From: Chiloscyllium plagiosum
Taxonomy: Eukaryota
DNA length: 64,000 nucleotides
Direction of reading: 5' to 3'
Assembly: GCF_004010195.1 (NCBI RefSeq)
Contig: NC_057754.1
Coordinates: 12,628,609-12,692,608, forward strand
The position numbers were made by a program, and so were the translations under genes. The notes beneath the pieces were generated by a model. That model saw only the letters and a list, made by a program, of their open reading frames with translations, did no database searches and had not been told where the DNA came from. This document shows positions 63,216-64,000 of this stretch, one piece after another. Each line of letters starts with the position of its first letter. Positions within the stretch are counted from its first letter, which is position 1.

Positions 63216-63279
63216 TGGCTGCTTTCATAGGAGAGACAGACTGCCTGGGGGCAGACAGCTGGAACAGCAGCAGATACTC

Positions 63280-64000
63280 TAGTGCTTCAAGTGACCATTC
63301 AAATACTTCTTCAATATTGTGATGGTTCCTAACTGAACCACCTTTTCAGGCAGCAAGGTCCAAACTCCCACCAACTTCTGGGTAAAATAAATCAGACTTA
63401 AAAGCTCCTCTTAACCTTCTGACTTCAACCTTAAAGCTAAGGTTATTGATCTAATTACTAAGAGCAAATGTTTCTTATTTTCTATTCTCTCTGTGCATCT
63501 CCTAACAGTGAACAACTCAATCTTTTCAGTTCAAAGTGTGGAACTAGTTTAGCTTGGGATTACAGTCAGCAATGGACTGGTTGGAACAAAGGGTCTGTTT
63601 CCATGTTGTATGAATCTATAAACCCAGCCTATCTAGTCTGCCTTCATAGCTGGAAGGCTCCATCTCAGTCAACATTCTAGTGTACCTCCTGTGTATTCTC
63701 TCTATTACCATCATATCCTTCCTGTTGCGCAGTGGCCAAAACAGCATGCAGTACACAAGCATGTGGTCCAACATTTTATGCAACTCCCTCAAACTCCTTG
63801 TGCTGGTATTCAATGCTTGACTTAATAAAGACAACTATCCTTTCTGTCTTCCTAACCATCTTATCACCTGTATTCTTCAAAGATTTCTAACATGCACACT
63901 GATATCCCTCTGATCCTTTGTACTTCTCAAGATACTACACTCACTGTCTACTCCCTTACCTTGTTTATTCTTGCAACATTAACCACCTCATATCTTTCAG
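63280..64000 (-). mobile_element. Old CR1 RT C-terminal fragment
   Basis: LVYCMLFWP...ERIHRRYTRML...SYEGRLDRLGL. Confidence 0.8.

Overview
Eukaryotic, repeat-rich vertebrate DNA, most likely a cartilaginous fish (shark): it carries HE1/V-SINE-type SINEs and CR1 LINEs, and no prokaryotic features. The window is a KRAB-less C2H2 zinc-finger (ZNF) cluster. Its main structure is a diverged ~19-20 kb direct segmental duplication (5052-23627 and 38035-58628). Copy B holds one apparently intact 14-finger ORF (42146-43456, minus strand); its paralog in copy A is disrupted, and each copy has about four further decayed ZNF pseudogenes. Between and around the copies are CR1 LINEs, a near full-length L1, a Tx1-like fragment, a 2.2 kb Penelope-like element (PLE; RT + GIY-YIG) and minisatellites. 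The most unusual signal is a set of very short (95-204 bp) non-coding insertions, each flanked by its own 15-25 bp target-site duplication (TSD) and carrying a minimal type-I hammerhead ribozyme motif (CTGANGA-stem-GAAACGTC). Some are fold-back hairpins. They share a '3'-ends-outward' architecture with the long PLE, which suggests PLE-mobilised mini-ribozyme elements. TE boundaries not defined by a TSD are approximate. Four N-gaps limit interpretation.
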